64,000 nucleotides of DNA from a candidate division FCPU426 bacterium (GTDB lineage: Bacteria > Oederibacteriota > Muellerivitia > Muellerivitales > Muellerivitaceae): assembly GCA_963719085.1 (NCBI GenBank), contig CAVRAL010000002.1, positions 1-64,000 on the forward strand, in the 5' to 3' direction. The first letter of the stretch is position 1. Every line of letters starts with the position of its first letter. The notes under the pieces are model-generated. The model did no database searches and was not told the origin of the DNA. It saw nothing but the letters and a program-made list of their open reading frames with translations. A program made the position numbers and the translations under genes. Below are positions 1-11,612 of the stretch, piece after piece.

Positions 1-997
1 GCGTAATGCCGGTGGGAGCTGGGCATGTGGTCCGGGTTCGTGCCGTGCTTGCGACCCGTGTAGAGCCGCTGATGCACCGCGACGCGCTGGCCGCGATGGA
101 ACACTTCGACGATGCGCTCGGTGACGCGGACCTCGACCTCGGCGCGAATGAGGGCATGGGGAACCGAGTACAGGAAGTCGTGGACCTCGATGTGATAATC
201 GAGATTGACCCGCGCCCGTCGCCACTCGGCGAACTCCCAATCCTCGGCCGGCAAGCCGTCGAGGGCGGCGCGTTCGATCTTCTCGAACAGCTCGCGCCGG
301 CTCACTCCCAGGTGACGCATCGTGCGCTCGTTCATGCGTTGCATCACGAGTTTGATCGCCTCGTTGCATTCGGCCAACGAGAAGAAGGTTTGCGCGCGCA
401 ACCGCCCCAGAGGATGTATGTCTGAGCAAATCTAACTCCCGCTTCGACCTTCGCTTTGTCTTCGTGGCTTGTGAGGTCGCGCCGGAAGGATTCCGACCGA
501 ATAATACGCCGCCATCGCGCCGTAGGTTCGGTTGATCTCGGGATCGTAGAACGACGCCTTGTTGACAGCACTCTGTCAAATTGTCTGTCGGACCAACAGT
601 TTCGGCGCGCCGCCAAAGAAGCGAAACATGCGAACATGAGCGCCGGTCCAATCCGGCAATTGTTGTGTCCACGTCGCCTCGGCATAAGTGAAGTTCGAAG
701 CGCCGAGCACGCCAACAAATATCTCGGCCTCGTGGATCTCGCCCGTTTCTGGATCAACAATCGGTATCCGCTTCCCCGAATAGTCAACGAAGGCCTTTTC
801 TCCCGCGATGTGATGTTGGCGCATCACCGGGCTCAGCCGTCGCTCGAACCCGCGCAGCAGATCACAGAAGCGCGAGTACCCGTAGCCGTCTTGGTTGGTC
901 TCCCGATATTCCTCCCACAGGATCATCATCGTCACGCCAGGTCGCTTCAGCTCGCGCGTCAACGCCGCCCATTCCGGCTCGGTCCGCCGCCGCTGGT
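1..997 (-). mobile_element. istA: IS21-family IstA transposase fragment, frameshifted and cut at both ends
   Basis: Motifs ELKRPGVTMMILWEEY, YGYSRFC, VMRQHHIAGEKAFVDYSG, FVGVLGASNFTYAEATWTQ. It continues in shifted frames as KDKAKVEAGVRFAQTYIL and ARVNLDYHIEVHDFLYSVPH. About three frameshifts near 590, 460 and 405. Confidence 0.9.
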
Positions 998-3715
998 GTC
1001 CTCCAACCAACCCAGCGACGTTCTGGAGCTCCCGAACTCCCCATAAGCGTCCGCCGCAACACCATGACTGTTTCCGTGGTATGTGTGGTATGCGTTGAAG
1101 TTTCCGCCGTTTCCGTTCGTATGAGGATATGAGCCGTTGGGTCGAGTGACTCGGGGAGTATCGTAAGAGTTGGGTCCGATAACTCTCGGCCTCTCCATCC
1201 CCTCGAAACTCTGCCTTCTGCCGTCGCCCCTGAAGGCTATTTGAGGGGGACTGAACATGTCCGAGTCTTCACTTATACCGCTGAGGTTTTCAGTAACGGT
1301 GGCCATGGGAGGAGCAACATGCCTAGAGCCTTCTAGAGAGGCGTACATCGTTTGAGGTCGGCTGGCGCTAGGGATATCGGAAACAGAAGGGAAACCAATG
1401 CTCGGAGTGCTCGTTTCGGCGGCAAAGGAGCGACTACTTATCCCCCTACCAAGGAAGTCGTGCTGCGGTCTCGAGGGAGAGGAGAGGTAGACCTGGGAGA
1501 AGAAATGCCAGAATTGGGAGGTTGGATGAAGTTCCAGTCCCGCGTTCTACTGCGAGTCGATCTTTGTCCTGTTCGGAATAGCCCATTGTCACAAAGATAG
1601 GGGCGTCGGTGGTTGCAGGAGGCATCCCCCTCAAGCTGACAGGACTTGGCAAAACACTCGAGGGAGCAGTGGGAGGAGAAGTTGGACACGAGCCGTTATA
1701 CCCTTGTTGATTCGGCGACTTTAGGGGCTGGTTGGAAGGTTGGCCGGCCGCTCCTGGTAGACACGGTGTGCTTGAATGTCGCCTGGATCGATTTCTGCCT
1801 CCATCCCTCTCAACAAGGTAGCTTAAAGGTGGAGGAGGAGCCAAGGGGTAATGCGTCCATCTGCGATTGCGTACACGTGTGTTCCCACCAGTCGCCTTGA
1901 AGTCTGCTGGATTGAATGGTTGTGCTCCGACTTCGGCCTAGGAGAAGAACCGGTGACGATTGACCAGATCTTTGCAAGGCCTTTTTTCTTCTTTCGTTTT
2001 TCTTCCCGAGCCGGGGAAGTGGCCTGCCTATGATAGGGATTGCCATGCTGGGGTAAAGTGACGCTTTCGCGCGAAGGGACAATTGCTGGGGGGGCGTCCA
2101 ATCAGCATAGAGGCACGATTCTGACAATTCGCCTTCTCGTTCATGTCCTCTTGTTGGAGTGCGACGCTAGGACATGAGTGTCAAACACTACTTTTTGCAA
2201 AGAGGAGAAAACAGCGGTGCGTATTGCATATCCATCAGTGCTACCAGAGATTCCTGATGCGGCCAGGCTATCCCTGCTTCTCCACCCTCCGGACTGAGGG
2301 CCCTGAGGTTACCTAAAAACCTGGTCTTCCGGTTGGGTGACGTTGAACCGGTGATACTGTGAAGATCAGAGAATGAAGTTGTGGAGTACGCTCTGGGGAG
2401 CGTCGGGCTTTTTTCTCCACGGTAGAGGACGATATTACTTGTGGGCCGCAGAGACAATTGGGAGTATCTCGATGACCGGAGGTTGCGCTCCACGGGGGGT
2501 CCATGCGAAGTGCAGGGGGAAGTTGAGATGGATGAAGTGAACCATAGATCGAAGTGATGTCCTGCCCGGAACCCCTGGATAGCTTTCTCGCACGACTCCG
2601 TTCCCTCCGTTCTTCTCTTTTCCGCCTTTTTCTCGCTCCTCTCTCTCCTCCTTCTTGACATTCACATGTTCGACGATCAGACCGTTCTCGAGAAGGGTGA
2701 CATCACGTGAATTGGAGCGGGCACGCTGATGCGACCCAGTAACGTGGCGGACCGTATCCGCCCCGTTTCGTCAAGAGTGATTGCACCAGGGTTAGAGTGA
2801 GGAGCGCCAATCTCATGGGCAGAGCGGCGTATGTGCGAATAGGTATCTCGCATTTTGTCTATTAGGTCCTTGGACTCCTGCATGGCTGCGAGCATGGGCG
2901 AGAGTTTCGGCTTCGAGGAGCAACCTAGAGACCTAAGACATTGTCTCCAAATTCATATGCCGCGAGGCAGGCTCCCGTGGGTTCTATGGAATGAATTGCG
3001 ACAATTAAATTACGGAAGGTGGTTGAGATGGGTAAAGAACGGACCATACTGAGCCAAAGCTTGAGGTTGGTCTCGGTGAGTATGTCACCAGTAGACCGAG
3101 GGCGGTCTTCAGGAAGAGGGGTACCAGCTGAAAGATGGCTTCTTCCTCGGAACGGACGAGGTCTTGATGGTAAACGTCGCTGTCTCGCTCCCAGATTCCC
3201 GGAGAAGTTACATCTACATCGGCCATGTTCTTGATCTCTCATGGCGCACTCTAAACACACTTCTTCCTTGGGGATGTGAGGTCTCGTGTAGATGGGATTC
3301 TGTGTGCCATTGAGAGGTGCATTGACATATCTCGGTGATTGCGGGATAGCGCGCGGATTGGAAGTGACGGGCACCGGAATCGAGGGTGAGGTAGGGATAG
3401 GGGGATTGTCAGATGGTTGCTGGGAAGGATGACCCCAAAGTTTCCGGACGACTGAAAACCTTGTTGCTGTGATGCAGACCTCATGGACCCTCGAGAAGGG
3501 GGTGGGTCTTGCCCATAGGATTTGGCTGGTTGCCAAGGATTGTACAGCGAAGGCTGACGAAGAGGCGCGGGGTCCTCTGAGTTTAAAAAGCGTGGGTCTG
3601 TATCAATGAAGTCCGGTGTTTTGTCATCCGAAGCTTGCTTAATGTGAGTAGGTGAAGGGTCTTTGAAGGATTGAGGTGGACTGGGCTGTTGTGCCGGGGG
3701 CTGCTGGGAAGACAT
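998..3715 (-). other. Eukaryote-like (probably basidiomycete fungal) gene segment, Ser/Pro-rich, frameshifted, intron-containing
   Basis: Consecutive minus-strand ORF pieces read as one protein: [94 protein letters not shown]. No bacterial gene organisation. The fungal assignment is from recollection of similar sequences. Confidence 0.7.
2984..3044 (-). other. Putative spliceosomal intron (61 nt)
   Basis: Minus strand GTCCGT...TTTAAT...CCATAG. Removing it joins KLWLSM to NPREPASR in frame. The size is typical of fungal introns. Confidence 0.65.
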
Positions 3716-3719
3716 AACG

Positions 3720-6700
3720 GGGCGGTGATCGGTTGTCCAACACGGTTTTCACTTTTTCACCCAGCAAATTGAATATCTCAACCTTGACTTCCCCGGCCTT
3801 ATCGATCCGCACGTTGATCCCCAAAGGCGTCGGCGGGGTAAAGAAATTCGCGTCCAACGTCAGGGATACACTGGGCGTAGGCGTGATCGTGGGTGTATCC
3901 GTGGGGGCCACCGTATCGGTAATGGTCGGGGTATTGGTGGGCGGCGGGGTGTTGGTAATCGTCGCCGTCGGGACGGGGGTATGGGTAGGCGTCGCGGTAT
4001 GGGTGACCGTCAAAGTGGCGGTAAAGGTCCGGGTGGCGGTCGGCGTAATGGTACTGGTGGCGGTTGGGGTGAAGGTCACCGTCCGAGTCAACGTCGGCGT
4101 TGAAGTCGGCACGGGGGTAAAGGTCTCGGTTGGAGTCGCCGTCCATGTCCTGGTTGATGTGGGCGTGGCGGTCGGCGTCATAGTCAAGGTCACCGTCGGA
4201 GTTTTGGTATAGGTCGGCGACGGAGTGAAAGTCGTGGTCGCCGTCAAAGTAATCGTCGCTGTAGGCGTAGCGGAAGCGGTCCAGGTGACGGTTGGTGTTT
4301 TGGTAGGCGTTAATGTAATCGTCGCGGTCACAGTCGGGGTCAAAGTCACGGTCGAGGTTTGCGTCGGCGTCAGGGTCACCGTCGCGGTCGGGGTATAAGT
4401 CAAAGTAATCGTCGGAGTGACGGTCGGCGTCAAGGTGACCGTCGACGTTTTAGTCGGCGTTAATGTCACTGTCGGGGTTTGGGTTGGCGTGAGCGTAATG
4501 GTTGAGGTCGGAGTGTAAGTTAAGGTGATCGTTGGGGTAAGCGTAACCGTGGGCGTCTGGGTCGGGGTCAGCGTCACCGTCGCGGTCGGGGTATAAGTCA
4601 AAGTAATCGTCGGGGTCGAAGTAATTGTCGCAGTGACCGTCGGCGTCAAGGTAACCGTTGACGTTTTAGTCGGCGTCAATGTCACCGTCGGGGTTTGGGT
4701 TGGCGTGAGCGTGATAGTTGAGGTCGGGGTGTAAGTTAAGGTGACCGTCGGGGTAAGCGTAACCGTGGGCGTCTGAGTCGGAGTCAGGGTCACCGTCGCG
4801 GTTGGGGTATAAGTCAAAGTAACGGTCGGGGTCGAAGTAATTGTCGGAGTGACCGTCGGCGTCAAGGTAACCGTTGACGTTTTAGTCGGCGTCAATGTCA
4901 CCGTCGGGGTTTGGGTTGACGTGAGCGTGATGGTTGAGGTAGGGGTGTAAGTTAAGGTGACCGTCGGGGTGAGTGTGACTGTGGGCGTCTGGGTCGGAGT
5001 CAGGGTCACCGTCGCGGTTGGGGTATAAGTCAAAGTAACGGTCGGCGTCAAGGTGACCGTGGCGGTCGCAGTCGGTGTCAATGTCACTGTCGGGGTTTGG
5101 GTCGGGGTAAGCGTGATGGTTGAGGTCGGAGTATACGTTAAGGTGACCGTCGGGGTGAGCGTAACCGTGGGCGTCTGAGTTGGAGTCAGCGTCACCGTGG
5201 CAGTCGGGGTATAAGTCAAAGTAATTGTCGGGGTCAAAGTCACCGTAAAGGTCAAAGTGGGCGTCGAAGTCACCGTCGCGGTAACGGTCGGAGTCGAGGT
5301 GACGGTTGGCGTTTGAGTCGGCGTCAAGGTCACCGTGGCGGTAGCGGAGGCGGTCCAGGTAACCGTTGGCGTAATGGTGGGCGTCAAGGTGACGGTGGGA
5401 GTGAAGGTGGGTGTTGAAGTAACCGTCGGCGTCTGCGTCGGGGTCAGGGTCACGGTCGGGGTAATCGTAATCGTTGGCGTGCGGGTCGGCGTAAAGGTGA
5501 AGGTATGGGTTGGCACGGGCGTTATCGTGCTAACGAAATTATCCCCGAAAGAAAAGTTAATGTTAGTGGTCGCCCCGCTCGGCACCACCGGATCCCCCGG
5601 CGGATTGGGGCTGATCGTGTCATAAATTTCATAAGGCTCGCCGGGCACAAAGTTGTTGTTCCCCACCGCCAGATAGGCTTTCAAATAATAGGTGCCGGGA
5701 TTCAGCAAAAGCATGGAGTAAAGGCTTCCGTTGGTCGTTATCCGCTGGCTGTTATTGGCCAAAACCGTCAGGTTGCTGTCGGCGTAAAGATTCACTTCCA
5801 GGGGATTGTTGTTGCTCACCGTGGTAACCGAGCCCGAATAAGAAACACTTCCCGAAATGCCGTTGAGCACATTGGCGGAAGTTAAGGTGATCGGCGCGGG
5901 CAGGCTGGTGTTTCCTGAGACCGCGACGGCTGAAACCGGCAAGGAATAAATCTTGTCATAAAACTGATAGGGATCTCCCGGTTCGGGCTGGCCTGTTCCC
6001 GCCTGGTCATAAACGAAACCCGGATAATAGGTTCCCGCCGCCGGCAGAGGGACCGAGAAACTTCCCCCGTTCACCGTCACCGCGCCTTGATAGCTGACGT
6101 TGTTCAAATTCGGGTCCGTCGAGACGAAAATAATAAAGGGATGAGCCGAAGAAACCGGCTGGATTCCCGTATAGGTAACGCTTCCGGTTAAAAAGTTGGA
6201 CGGCGTAGGACTGGGGCTGGGCGTGGCGAGCAAACAGGCGTCGGCAAAGCTAAAAGAAATCGGCGTGGTTTGATTGGCGTTCACAACCACCGCGGTTCCC
6301 GGAGCGTAGCAGCCCGAAGCGTAGACTTCCGAAGGTTCATTCGTTTCCCAAATGCCGTCGTCATTTAAATCCACAAAAGCCCGGAAGTAATAAGTTCCCG
6401 GGTTTAAAGCTTCCGAAAAAGACCCGGAAGCGGCCGGGAAGTTGCCACCGCTTGAATTCACGGGAGCGGTCAAAATGCTGTTCGTAAAGGGCTGAACCAC
6501 AATGGGCGAACCCGAGTTCACTGCGGCGGTTCCCGTATAGTTGACCGTAATTGAGACACCGGACAAAAGATTACTGTTGGTGATCGTCGCCGGGCCGATC
6601 GTCACGGCTCCCGTGACGTTGACCGGATCAATGGGCTCCGCCGTCTTGTTGTTCCAAAAAATGTAAGGCTCTCCGGGCTGTGGATAGCCCTGATTCGAGC

Positions 6701-9700
6701 CGCTGCCGCTGTAAAAATAATAAAGATAATAATTTTGGGCGGAGGGAAGGTTCAGGTCAAAATTGCCGCCATTGACATAAACCTGCTGGCTAAATTGCGA
6801 CGAACTTTGCAGGTTCGGGTTAGACGTCGTGAAGGCCTCGACCACAATCGGATTCGAGGAATTCACCGGGCTGAATCCTGTATAGGTCACGCTTCCGGCC
6901 AGTTGATAGGTCCAGGTATCCAAGGTCGGCGTGGGCGTCACAGTAGGGGTAATCGTGGAGGTGCTGGTAGCCGTGGCCGTCGGAGTGACGGCACAAAAAG
7001 TATCCATATAAAAACCATACGGAGTGTTGGTACTGCTGGTTCCGCCGGACGGCATCGGCTGCGGGAACGCGCCGTAAGCTTGCGCGTATTGATAGAAATT
7101 GGCTATATTCCCGGCGCTATAAGCCGAAGTAATTGAGTTTTGAACTGTCGCGGCCAGCCAATAAATTCCGGGGGCCAACGGAAGGTTTCCAATCGATTGT
7201 TGATTCCAGGCATTAAGCGTCGGCGTGAAAGAGAGACTGGTCAACAAGTTATGAGGCAGGGAACCCGAGTTGTCGTAAAGCGCCAAACCGACCGAGCCCG
7301 TGGAAGTATTACCTATATAAAATTGGAAATCGACCGCCGTCACCGGGTACTGAAGGGTAACCGCGTAGCAATTGATGTAACCGGTCGTAAACCCAATCGC
7401 GCTCCCGATTTGATTGTATCCAACCGGTCCGGCACAACCGGGCGTGGCGGTTATCGTGATGGTTGGGGTCTGTGTCGCGGTAGCGGTCGGCGTGACAGTC
7501 GGGGTGATCGAACAAAGGGTATCCATGTAGATGGACGGCGGCTGAACCGTTCCCGTATTGCCTCCATTGGGCATGGTGGATGGGAAAGTCCCGAAAGACT
7601 GGGACAATTGATAATAGTTTACTGTTGAACTCAAAGTCCCATAAGTATCGGACACGGAATTTGGAACTTGATAAGCCAGCCAGTAGACCCCGGGGACAAG
7701 AGTGACATTGGCGACAGCCACCTCATTCCAGGCGTTGCTCACCGGTGAAATCGTGGCGCTGGTCAAGAGGCCCGAAGGCTGTCCACCGCTTGAATTATAA
7801 AGGGCGAAGCTCATCTGTCCGGGGTTTGTCGCCCCGACATAAAATTGGAAATCCGTTACTGTCACCGGCGATTGAATTGTGACGGCGTAACAATTGATAT
7901 AACCGCCGCTAAAAGTGAAGCCGCCTGTGGATTGACTGTATCCCATCGGTCCAAAACAGCCGGGAGTGGGGGTGATTGTCGGTGTGGGGGTGGCCACAAA
8001 GGGACAGGTTCCGTTATAGGTGTATTTGATCGTCATGAAATCGTTATTAGAGCCGTTGGAAGATTGTCCCGTCACCCAAAGGCTGTTTCCTGAAACCGCG
8101 ACACCGGACGAAAGGTCCGTCCCCAGGCCCCGGGTATAAAGCGAGTCCCAAACCAGGCTCCCCGACGGGCTATACTTGAATGTGTGGTATTTATTGACGG
8201 CGGAATCCGGGAAAGTCGCGTAGAGGTATCCTGACGCATCCACCGCCAAGCCGGCTTTCGTATTTAGGCTCGCGGTCACGTTGGCGGTCCCCGCGTAAAG
8301 GTTATTCCAATTGATGGCCCCCGTCGAAGCCAGGAAAGAAGTTATTCGGGGAACACTGACCGATCCGTTCCCGGAAGCCCCTAGCGCGTAAACCCAAGTC
8401 CCGGTGGGATCGACCGCCAACGCGTAAAGATTATCCGTATAGGAAGCGTTGGCCGTAAAGGCCTGGTTCCAGACCGTAACCCCGGCGGAGTTGTACTTGA
8501 TCAAACGGTAATGATTAACGCCCGAAACGTCCGATTCGCCCCCGACATAGAAATTTCCCGAAGGGTCGCAAGACACCGCGTAAGCGATATCCTGGCTCGA
8601 CGTCCCAGAGTCATACTTAACGGGGAAACCGGCCTGCAAGTTTCCATTCAAATCGTACTTCGCGGTCATGAAATCAAATACGCTGCTGCCGCTAACCGCG
8701 TCGTAGGAAGTTCCCGTCACGTAAAGGTAACTGCCCGTGGGATCGATCGCGATGGCCTGGCCCCAATTGTCATGGAGGCCGCCCGTGCCGTCCAAAGTCA
8801 CGGCCCATTGCAAAGCTCCGTTGCTCGCCGCGAACTTGGTGGTCAGATAGTCATGCCCGAAGGCTGTTGCCTCAGAACCAAACGCGTAGGCGTTACCCGC
8901 CGAGTCCAGAACCAATCCGTTGAGGACTTCGGCGGCGCCGCCCGAATAGGTTTGGTTCCAAAGCAAGTTGCCGTTGGGGTCGTACTTAATCACTCGGAAG
9001 GTCTCAATTGACGCGACTGTGGAGTTGCCACCCACGTAAACGTCCCCCGAGGAATCTACCGCCACGGCCGCCCCCGCGTCGGCGAGGCCGCTGTCGTAGA
9101 TCACGGGCTGGGAACAAGGCGTGCTGTTGGGCTGGGGCGTGGGAGTGATGGTAGGGGTGGGCACTTCGATGAAATCAAAGTTGAGATCGCTTTTAGGCGC
9201 GGTGGTCCAAGCCGCCCCGCTATTGATGGAGGTTTGATAAAAGGAACCGGTTCCGCCATAGGAGACCTTGGGCGGAATTCCCAAGGCATTGACGCAGGAG
9301 GGAACAGAAAACTGGTAATAATCGCTGGTGTCCCCGAGCGCGGTATAAAAGTTCAAGAAATAGGTGTCGGTTGATGAAAAGGTATAAGTGACCGGCAAGC
9401 TTACGGTGTACCAGTTATAACTTCCTGTCGAGACCGTAGCTGAAGTGGGCTGATCGAAAACAACAACAGGCGTGGGGGTCGTCCCGGGAGTTGAAACGAC
9501 CTGATCAACCAATTGATAACTGAGCCCGGAAGTCGGCGATCCAATCTTTTGAGCCCGAACCCGAAAGGAATTGACCGTTCTAGGTCCTGGCACAAAAGAT
9601 TCTGAAATCCAATTGGCCCCGAAAACCTGAGGATTGATACTGCTTGTGTAGGGGCTTCCCTGGGGAGTGGTTCCATCGGTCAAATAATAAATAGGATTCT

Positions 9701-10265
9701 GGCCCAATGTGGTCCAACCGCTGGTACTGCCGATCAATACATTCGCGTTCGGGTCCATGGCCGAGTCAATGGGGTAGAGGTTATTTAAAGGGGTCGTGGA
9801 GGTGAAGGCGGCATAATCATTGGCGTCGATCGTTCCACTCGAATAGCGGATAACTATGTGGTAAACCGATCCGGTCGTTAATGCAAAAGCGGCGGAGGCC
9901 GTAACGGGATTCCAGCCGGCGCTTACAGGAGTAAAAGTGCTCAAACTCCCCGTAATATCCGAGGTAGAGGGAATGCCGCCGGCGTCGGCTCGAATACTGA
10001 TGGTGTAAACGGGAGGATTCAAAATTCCGCTTGAAAAAACACCATATTGGGTAATCGGGCCGGAGGCTCTGGCCGTAAACCGGTACGAAAGGGTAACCGA
10101 ATTTGAGTTCAGATTGGTGACGGCGATGGAATCCGTGAGGAATAGGTTGGAAGGCAGGGCAAAAACGGCGCAAGGCAAACCGAGACATAAAATAAGCAAA
10201 AGAACGGTAATACTAAAAAAACGGTTGAATAAGCGAAAACGATATTGTGGAAAATCCGAAGACAA
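3720..10265 (-). CDS. Giant secreted/surface protein: signal peptide, beta-sandwich modules, 7-blade SBBP-like beta-propeller, Thr/Pro repeat stalk, truncated FlgD-Ig-like C-terminus
   Basis: 2208-aa ORF with hydrophobic N-terminus. Seven blades resemble AVDxSGNxYVxGxS. About 550 aa of TxTxTPT repeats. Ends with LDANFFTP...[20 protein letters not shown]; the last ~30 codons of the ORF call (to 3639) read through into foreign DNA. Confidence 0.85.
3870..5530 (-). repeat. Coding tandem repeat: 24-nt (8-aa) unit with 216-nt higher-order period
   Basis: Units such as TPTVTLTP and TATVTLTP. The marker GACGTTTTAGTCGGCGT starts at 4444, 4660 and 4876, 216 nt apart. Confidence 0.9.
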
Positions 10266-10457
10266 TTGAGACCTTCCGTGACCGGGGATGGTTCAACCAC
10301 GAGTTTTCATTTTATCGCTAAAATTGGCCCAGTGCCACCTTTACCCTAAAATTCCAGGCAAAGGAAAGGCGATGGACCCTAATGGATTCCATCGCCTCAT
10401 TTCACGCTATTTAAACGCTTTTGCGCTTTGCCACAGAAACCTATATAAATCACCCGC

Positions 10458-11366
10458 TCAAAGAATAGTGGCCACAATGATCGCGTGAGAGGTTGAATTA
10501 GGAGAGGTGGCTTCCACCGTGGCGATTTCTCCTGATTTCCCTAAAAATTGAACTTGAGCGGTTCCCGTCGCGTCCGTCACGGCAATTCCCGTGTTACCGG
10601 CCGGCGCGCCCTGGCTGATGATCTGTCCATTGCCTCCCAGATGCAAAAGTATTTTAAAATTAACTGTAATACCAGCCTGAGGCGTTCCCTTGGCTAAGAC
10701 CGCCTTCACGCTGAGCGTTGAGGGGTGGTTTGCGGGGGTCACCCAGGGGTTGGCCGTCGGTTGGACAAGATTTACTTGGACGCTCGCCGGCGGTGTATTG
10801 AAGGAAGTCATGGCGCTTTGAGCTAAGACATTACCCTGTCCGTCCAAGTCACTCACATTGTAAAAATACTGGGTACCGGCCTGCAAACCCGTCGCCTGCA
10901 CCGAATGGCTGAAGGCGTTCACGTTGTCCGCGAAGGCCATCGACAGATTGGCAGCCGTGGTCCCCAACGCGACTTTTCCTAATCCGGCGCAGTTCGCCTG
11001 CCAAGTGATGGTGGCGGCCGTGGGCCCGCTGGCAGCGGCTTGAGGAGTGCCAACAACTTGCGGCGGCGTTGTGATGAAAGTAGAAGTAACGCTCTGGGCG
11101 AGCGTATTACCGTTGGAATCCAGCGTGCTGACGGTGTAATAGTAGGTGGTTGCATCCGCCAACCCAGTGAGGACCAGGGAATGCTGGGTTCCCGGATTGT
11201 TTTCAGTGACGCTGGAGCTTAAATTATTCGAGGCCGTCCCGTAAGCCACCTGCCCATAACCGCTGATTCCCGCCGTATCCGTCCAAGTAATAGTCACGGA
11301 CCATTGTCCGCCGGTGTTTGATACGTTGGCAAAGGGTCCATTGGCACCGCTAATTGTTTGAGGCAT
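10458..11366 (-). CDS. Protein with two Fn3-like (purple acid phosphatase N-terminal type) domains plus a C-terminal Ig-like domain
   Basis: Two repeats of TITW...GQVAYGT...HSLVLTGL..T.YYY.VS; C-terminal VTDATGTAQVQF. GGAGGA RBS precedes ATG at 11366. Confidence 0.8.
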   Translation of the reverse strand: MPQTISGANGPFANVSNTGGQWSVTITWTDTAGISGYGQVAYGTASNNLSSSVTENNPGTQHSLVLTGLADATTYYYTVSTLDSNGNTLAQSVTSTFITTPPQVVGTPQAAASGPTAATITWQANCAGLGKVALGTTAANLSMAFADNVNAFSHSVQATGLQAGTQYFYNVSDLDGQGNVLAQSAMTSFNTPPASVQVNLVQPTANPWVTPANHPSTLSVKAVLAKGTPQAGITVNFKILLHLGGNGQIISQGAPAGNTGIAVTDATGTAQVQFLGKSGEIATVEATSPNSTSHAIIVATIL

Positions 11367-11612
11367 TGATTTGTCCTCCAAGAAATTTAATGACAACGCT
11401 AAAGCGCGCCGATTATATCACGCGACAAATTAAGCGATGGTTAAATTTCAGGGAAGGACCAGCGAATTGGAGGGGCCGGACAAAAGAGCGGCGATTTTCA
11501 AATCCACTTTCACGAAAAACCAATCATCAAAGAAAAAATCAAGACGAGCGATTCGCAAAAAAACATCCATCCCCGGAACAAAACGACGCGAAGGCCGTGG
11601 ACACAGGCTTAT

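Noticed and set aside
400..600. Programmed frameshifting in istA
   Set aside because: Several scattered indels with no slippery motif; sequence error or decay is more likely.
6..1046. Plus-strand ORFs 6..425 and 456..1046
   Set aside because: Antisense to istA.
3639..3720. C-terminal 30 aa of the 2208-aa ORF as a real fusion
   Set aside because: Read-through across the junction into the eukaryote-like segment; the bacterial domain is cut mid-way.
3733..4212. Plus-strand Val/Gly-rich ORF (also 5335..5625)
   Set aside because: Antisense shadow of the Thr/Pro repeat.
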